Positions 17,267-20,572 of a DNA stretch of 20,572 nucleotides are shown piece by piece. Positions within the stretch are counted from its first letter, which is position 1. The number at the start of each line of letters is the position of its first letter. The notes beneath the pieces are model-generated. The model was not told the origin of the DNA and ran no database searches. It worked only from the letters and a program-made list of their open reading frames with translations. Source of the DNA: an uncultured virus (IMG/VR IMGVR_UViG_3300042691_055975) (Duplodnaviria; Heunggongvirae; Uroviricota; Caudoviricetes); IMG/VR virus record IMGVR_UViG_3300042691_055975. One strand, 5' to 3'. Both the position numbers and the translations under genes were made by a program.

Positions 17267-18832
17267 ATGGTCCGTGCCAATAGCCGCGCCCCGTTCGGGT
17301 CGCCCGCCCGCAAGGCGCATTCTCGCGCCGCATTCGTCGCGGCGGTATCGCCTGATGGCAGGTTCATCGAATCTCCATCCGTTCCGCTTCCGGCCCTGCC
17401 ACTCACGCTCCCGCGCGTCATGATGTTCGGCGACAGCCAGTCGCAGTTCAACCATGCGCTGATCAGCGGTATCAATGCGACGGACCCCGGCCCGACCTAT
17501 AAGGGGCCTGTTACCGCCGCGTTCAGCAAAGACCCCCGGTTCAACATGGACACATGGACCGACGTGGCCGACCCGCTAGCGCGCGGCTTCAACGGCGCCA
17601 ACCAAGGCCTCGCCGCCGACCACTTCCGCAACCAGACGGGCAGCCCATTGCCGGGCGGCGGGATGATTGCGCGCATTCCCTATGCCGTTGCCCGCAAGCC
17701 CGAGATCGTGATCCTCAATTCGCTGGGCACCAACACCATCCATAGCGGCGACGTGGACGGCAGCTCCGCCGCGCCGACTGCCGCTTATGTCATCTCGCAG
17801 GTGGAAGCCGAAATCGCGGCGTTCATTCGGGCGGGCGTCTATGTGATCCCGGTGACGATCTATCCCCGCAACTGGGCGGCAGGCGATGTTCGGCACACAA
17901 TCACGCAGGACGTCAACACCTACATCAAGGCGCAGGCAGGCCGCACCGGCGTTTTGGGCGTGGTCGATCCTTACGACGCACTGCGCCTGCCGGGCGACGT
18001 GCAGCCGAACCCGAAATACTTCCTTGAGGAAGGCGGCAACAGCACGGTTCACCTGAACGGCAACGGCGCAAATCTGGTGGGAGACCTCATCAAGACCGTG
18101 ATCGCGTCGGCGACCACCACCGCGACGCGCTTCAACATCGATCCCTCGGTGTCGAACCTTTTGCCGCAAGCGACCTACAATCTTCCCGGCACCACCGGGA
18201 CGCGAACTGGCGCGACCACCACGAATTTCACCGTGGGAACGGACACCGACCCGACCGGCGAAATCACGGCGGGCGGCGTCGCGACCGGCTGCAACGTCTA
18301 TATGTCGCGCGGGACCGCATCCTCCACGCAAAAATGCGGTAAGTCAGGTACCCAGGCGAGCACGGCGAACAAACAGATCCTTCTCATTTCGCCTGTTGCC
18401 GATGCAACGCCGTGGCACCAGTCGCGGGTGACGATGCCGCAACTTGCATTGACGCCCGCGCAGGCTGCGGCGGACAGTTGGATCCGCGTCGCCGTGCGTG
18501 TCGATACGCGCGGCGCGAAGGGACCGGCCAATTTGTTCCTACAGGCGACCCTGAAAAACGGCGCAGGAGACGTCCGGGTCGATGTGCAGCCCGGCCAGAT
18601 CGACAGCCTCGCCTACAACAACACGAAGACCTATAGCGACGATGCGCGCGGGCAGCATTGGCTCACGGCGTTGATCCGGCTGCCTGCTGACGGCGACTAT
18701 GCGACGCTCGATCTCACCGTCTATACGAACTTCCGTCCATCCGGCTTCACTGCCGGCGACGTGTTCGCCGTGCTGATCGACCGGCCACTGGTGCGCACGA
18801 CCACTGATCCTCGCACCGCCTGGGCATTGTAA
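17267..18832 (+). CDS. SGNH/GDSL hydrolase-like protein with beta-rich C-terminal domain (521 aa)
   Basis: Block I FGDS (Ser57), block II NQG, block III LGTN (Asn156), block V STVHLNGNG (His262); GAAGGAAG RBS. Confidence 0.8.
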   Translation: MVRANSRAPFGSPARKAHSRAAFVAAVSPDGRFIESPSVPLPALPLTLPRVMMFGDSQSQFNHALISGINATDPGPTYKGPVTAAFSKDPRFNMDTWTDVADPLARGFNGANQGLAADHFRNQTGSPLPGGGMIARIPYAVARKPEIVILNSLGTNTIHSGDVDGSSAAPTAAYVISQVEAEIAAFIRAGVYVIPVTIYPRNWAAGDVRHTITQDVNTYIKAQAGRTGVLGVVDPYDALRLPGDVQPNPKYFLEEGGNSTVHLNGNGANLVGDLIKTVIASATTTATRFNIDPSVSNLLPQATYNLPGTTGTRTGATTTNFTVGTDTDPTGEITAGGVATGCNVYMSRGTASSTQKCGKSGTQASTANKQILLISPVADATPWHQSRVTMPQLALTPAQAAADSWIRVAVRVDTRGAKGPANLFLQATLKNGAGDVRVDVQPGQIDSLAYNNTKTYSDDARGQHWLTALIRLPADGDYATLDLTVYTNFRPSGFTAGDVFAVLIDRPLVRTTTDPRTAWAL

Positions 18833-18843
18833 TAGACTGAGGT

Positions 18844-18881
18844 GACCCTGCCGCGCGCCGCGATGAAGGTGCGGCAGGGTC
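18844..18881. terminator. GC-rich hairpin between convergent genes (possible terminator or 3' stabiliser)
   Basis: GACCCTGCCGC (18844-18854) and GCGGCAGGGTC (18871-18881) form a perfect 11-bp inverted repeat. No U-tract on either strand. Confidence 0.45.
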
Positions 18882-18923
18882 GGGCGCGCATTACAGCCGT
18901 CTCATGCTCCTGCCAATCCGGTC

Positions 18924-19199
18924 CTAGCCTATCTGCGCATCCCGAAGGACATCGTTCACCCGCGTCTGCCAGCCTTTCCCGGTCGCCCGGAACTTCGCCA
19001 GCACGTCCGCGTCGAGCCGCAGCGTCACCTGTTCCTTGGTGGCCGACAGCGATCCGACCGGGCGACCGGGCTTGCGCTTCACCAGCGCCGCCGCGACCTG
19101 CGGGGCATGCACCTCGCCGGCAGGCTTCGCCTTCGCGAAATCCTCATCCGTCCATTCGGGGTTTTCGTCATAGCCGACCGGGGGCTTGCTCTTACTCAT
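18924..19199 (-). CDS. brnA: BrnA family antitoxin (91 aa)
   Basis: ENPEWTDEDF..A, GRP and KEQVTLRLDADVL.KFRATGKGWQTRVNDVLR signature. The likely start is ATG 19199, overlapping the brnT end. Confidence 0.95.
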   Translation of the reverse strand: MSKSKPPVGYDENPEWTDEDFAKAKPAGEVHAPQVAAALVKRKPGRPVGSLSATKEQVTLRLDADVLAKFRATGKGWQTRVNDVLRDAQIG

Positions 19200-19449
19200 A
19201 GCGGCGCATCTCCTTTTCATGTGCCCGGCGAAAGCTGATGAGGCGGATGCCGGTGGCCGTCTCGGTATAGACGATGCAATGGGCATCGCCATCGATCCGA
19301 CCGAATGCCCGGAAGCGGGTTTCGCCATAGTCATAGCGGTCATCGATCAGGACCGTGGGTTCAGCGTCAAAGCCGGCGAAGTCCGAAAACGACAGGCCAT
19401 GCTTGGCGGTGTTGCTGGCGTCTTTCGCGGGGTCGAAGCTGATTTCCAT
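19192..19449 (-). CDS. brnT: BrnT family toxin (RNase), 85 aa
   Basis: FDPAKDASN.AKHGLSF, D.R.DYGE.R, IVYT and IRLISFRRA..KE...Y signature. Confidence 0.95.
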   Translation of the reverse strand: MEISFDPAKDASNTAKHGLSFSDFAGFDAEPTVLIDDRYDYGETRFRAFGRIDGDAHCIVYTETATGIRLISFRRAHEKEMRRYE

Positions 19450-19455
19450 GCGTTT

Positions 19456-19502
19456 CTTGTAACTACATATAATTATGTCGTCAACAGTTATTTGTAGTTA
19501 CA
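19456..19502 (-). promoter_or_regulatory. brnTA sigma70 promoter with palindromic autoregulatory operator
   Basis: Minus strand reads TTGACG (19484-19479)-N17-TACAAG (19461-19456)-N6-ATG. Inverted repeat TGTAACTACATATAA (19458-19472) / TTATTTGTAGTTACA (19488-19502) matches at 14/15; each arm contains TGTAnnTACA. Confidence 0.8.
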
Positions 19503-19517
19503 CAAAATAGACGGCCA

Positions 19518-19826
19518 TCATTCGGCAGCCCTTTTGTCGCGCTCCATCCACACTTCCTCACGCTCATAGCTCCAGAGGTTGCGGTAGACGCCAAACAGAT
19601 ACATGAACTTGACCCAGCCGTCGCATCCGGGGGTGAGCCGGCATGGGCTTCTGCGATCGATCAAGCTGTAATCCGGCCCGACCTTCGCAGCCAGCGCCTG
19701 CAGGTCGACATCCCTGAACAGCTTGCACTTGCCGCAGAAGGCCCTGACCTTGCAAAATGGCTCCGCAGCCATCTCATGTACGGTCGCTACCCACGAGGGG
19801 AGCATGCCAGGTCTTCTTGCGCCCAT
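19518..19826 (-). CDS. Hypothetical Zn-ribbon-like protein (102 aa)
   Basis: C31-x2-C34 and C62-x5-C68; fills the interval between the brnTA promoter and the divergent control region. Confidence 0.7.
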   Translation of the reverse strand: MGARRPGMLPSWVATVHEMAAEPFCKVRAFCGKCKLFRDVDLQALAAKVGPDYSLIDRRSPCRLTPGCDGWVKFMYLFGVYRNLWSYEREEVWMERDKRAAE

Positions 19827-19835
19827 AGGCGTCGT

Positions 19836-19850
19836 GATCCGCCTCCGTTC
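19836..19850. promoter_or_regulatory. Degenerate alphaproteobacterial LexA box (GATC-N7-GTTC)
   Basis: One mismatch to GTTC-N7-GTTC. Lies between a minus-strand TTGACC (19863-19858) and the Zn-ribbon gene start. Confidence 0.45.
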
Positions 19851-19865
19851 CCGATTCGGTCAAGG

Positions 19866-19906
19866 TTGCGACTCGCTGCGGCTGCAATTATGTTCTTCCT
19901 ATGTTC
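19866..19906 (+). promoter_or_regulatory. SOS promoter: -35 TTGCGA, -10 TATGTT, perfect LexA box GTTC-N7-GTTC (19892-19906)
   Basis: TTGCGA (19866-71)-N17-TATGTT (19889-94)-N6-ATG (19901). GTTCTTCCTATGTTC matches the alphaproteobacterial LexA consensus and overlaps the -10 element and start codon. Confidence 0.75.
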
Positions 19907-20299
19907 CAAGGCTCGTCATCCATCGCCATCGAAGGCGCGATGCGCTCGACGCCGCTCGCCGCGGCTCGCCTGGCGGAGATCGCGAAGTGCCGGCCGGGTG
20001 AAATCCTCGAACTGCGTCGCGAGCGGCACAAGGTGCGCGGTGGCCGCGCCGTCGGCGTCTATTCGCCACGCGGCATCCAGATCGGCTATGTCTCGTCGCC
20101 CTATGCCGACCACATCGCCGGACAGGTGGCGGTCGCGCGCGCCGTGTTCCAGCGGCCGGACAGCTTCGGCGCGGTCATCGCCCTGACGCTGGATGGCACC
20201 GCCCCTGCCCTGCCCCAGCCGAAGCCAGAGCGACCGCGCGGCCAGCCGGTGCCGGAGCCTGTCGATGATTTCTGTGAGATATCCTTTACCCAACCATGA
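19901..20299 (+). CDS. Stand-alone HIRAN-domain-like protein (132 aa)
   Basis: C.PGE.LELRRE...AVGVYSPRGIQIGYV..YA resembles the HIRAN core; Pro-rich C-tail. Confidence 0.7.
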   Translation: MFQGSSSIAIEGAMRSTPLAAARLAEIAKCRPGEILELRRERHKVRGGRAVGVYSPRGIQIGYVSSPYADHIAGQVAVARAVFQRPDSFGAVIALTLDGTAPALPQPKPERPRGQPVPEPVDDFCEISFTQP

Positions 20300-20398
20300 T
20301 AGCTGGCAAATCTTCAGCAATTTACAGCCGATAGCGCTTCCGCTATCGAGCGTTGATTGTTCAGCGCCGGTGCATATATAAGGGGGCAGGAGATGGAC

Positions 20399-20572
20399 AT
20401 GGACCTGATGATCGGCATCTTGAGCGCTGCGTTCAAGTTTATCGCCGCTTTTCTTATCGTGCTAAATATCGCTTCGGTTGTGGGATATGCTCTCCATAAG
20501 CGGAAACTGGTGGATAATGTCCAGCGTCGCCTTGTCCGGGTGACCGCGCTGCTTCGCTTGGGGATTCGTTGA
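20399..20572 (+). CDS. Small single-TM hypothetical protein (57 aa)
   Basis: AGGAG at 20388-20392 lies 6 nt before ATG 20399. Hydrophobic stretch followed by a basic tail; stop at the window end; lower-GC context. Confidence 0.45.
   Translation: MDLMIGILSAAFKFIAAFLIVLNIASVVGYALHKRKLVDNVQRRLVRVTALLRLGIR

Larger units (their letters stand above)
1..19449. mobile_element. Prophage/temperate siphovirus late region (head end, tail, lysis, morons); extends beyond the left edge, right boundary undefined
   Basis: Canonical syntenic order capsid > connector > closure > gp10 > terminator > tube > TAC/frameshift > TMP > tip > fibre > lysis, with many overlapping start/stop codons. No att site or integrase is visible. 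Confidence 0.9.

Noticed and set aside
19200..19343. N-terminal extension of BrnA (139-aa ORF call)
   Set aside because: It lies inside brnT in another frame; family similarity and toxin-antitoxin coupling point to ATG 19199.
19186..19497. 103-aa plus-strand ORF opposite brnT
   Set aside because: Antisense to a clear brnT and runs through its operator; no RBS or motif support.

Overview
GC-rich tail, lysis and accessory end of a temperate, long-tailed HK97/lambda-like (pro)phage. The host is most likely an alphaproteobacterium, probably a sphingomonad; this is inferred from protein style, alpha-type LexA boxes and GcrA-type GANTC motifs. The + strand carries, in order: the last 17 codons of the major capsid gene and a terminator, a small repeat protein, head-tail connector, head closure, HK97-gp10, tail terminator, tail tube, and a tail assembly chaperone with a lambda-identical G GGA AAG -1 frameshift. 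Next come a 1176-aa tape measure protein, Dit-like, hub-like and NlpC/P60-like genes, and a reverse-strand moron. A 2045-aa central fibre follows, with an A-B-A-B array of four predicted carbohydrate-binding modules, then two hypothetical genes. The lysis cassette (holin-like gene, internal terminator, GH108 endolysin, 2-TM protein, and a 47-aa lipoprotein missed by the ORF track) is followed by an SGNH esterase-like gene. The accessory end holds a brnT-brnA toxin-antitoxin pair with a palindromic operator and apparently leaderless promoter. It also holds a divergent Zn-ribbon/HIRAN gene pair, whose mirror-symmetric control region carries LexA boxes and YGAKTCG motifs. No integrase, att site, RNA gene, CRISPR array or IS element was seen. 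All product calls come from motif recognition and gene order, not database searches.
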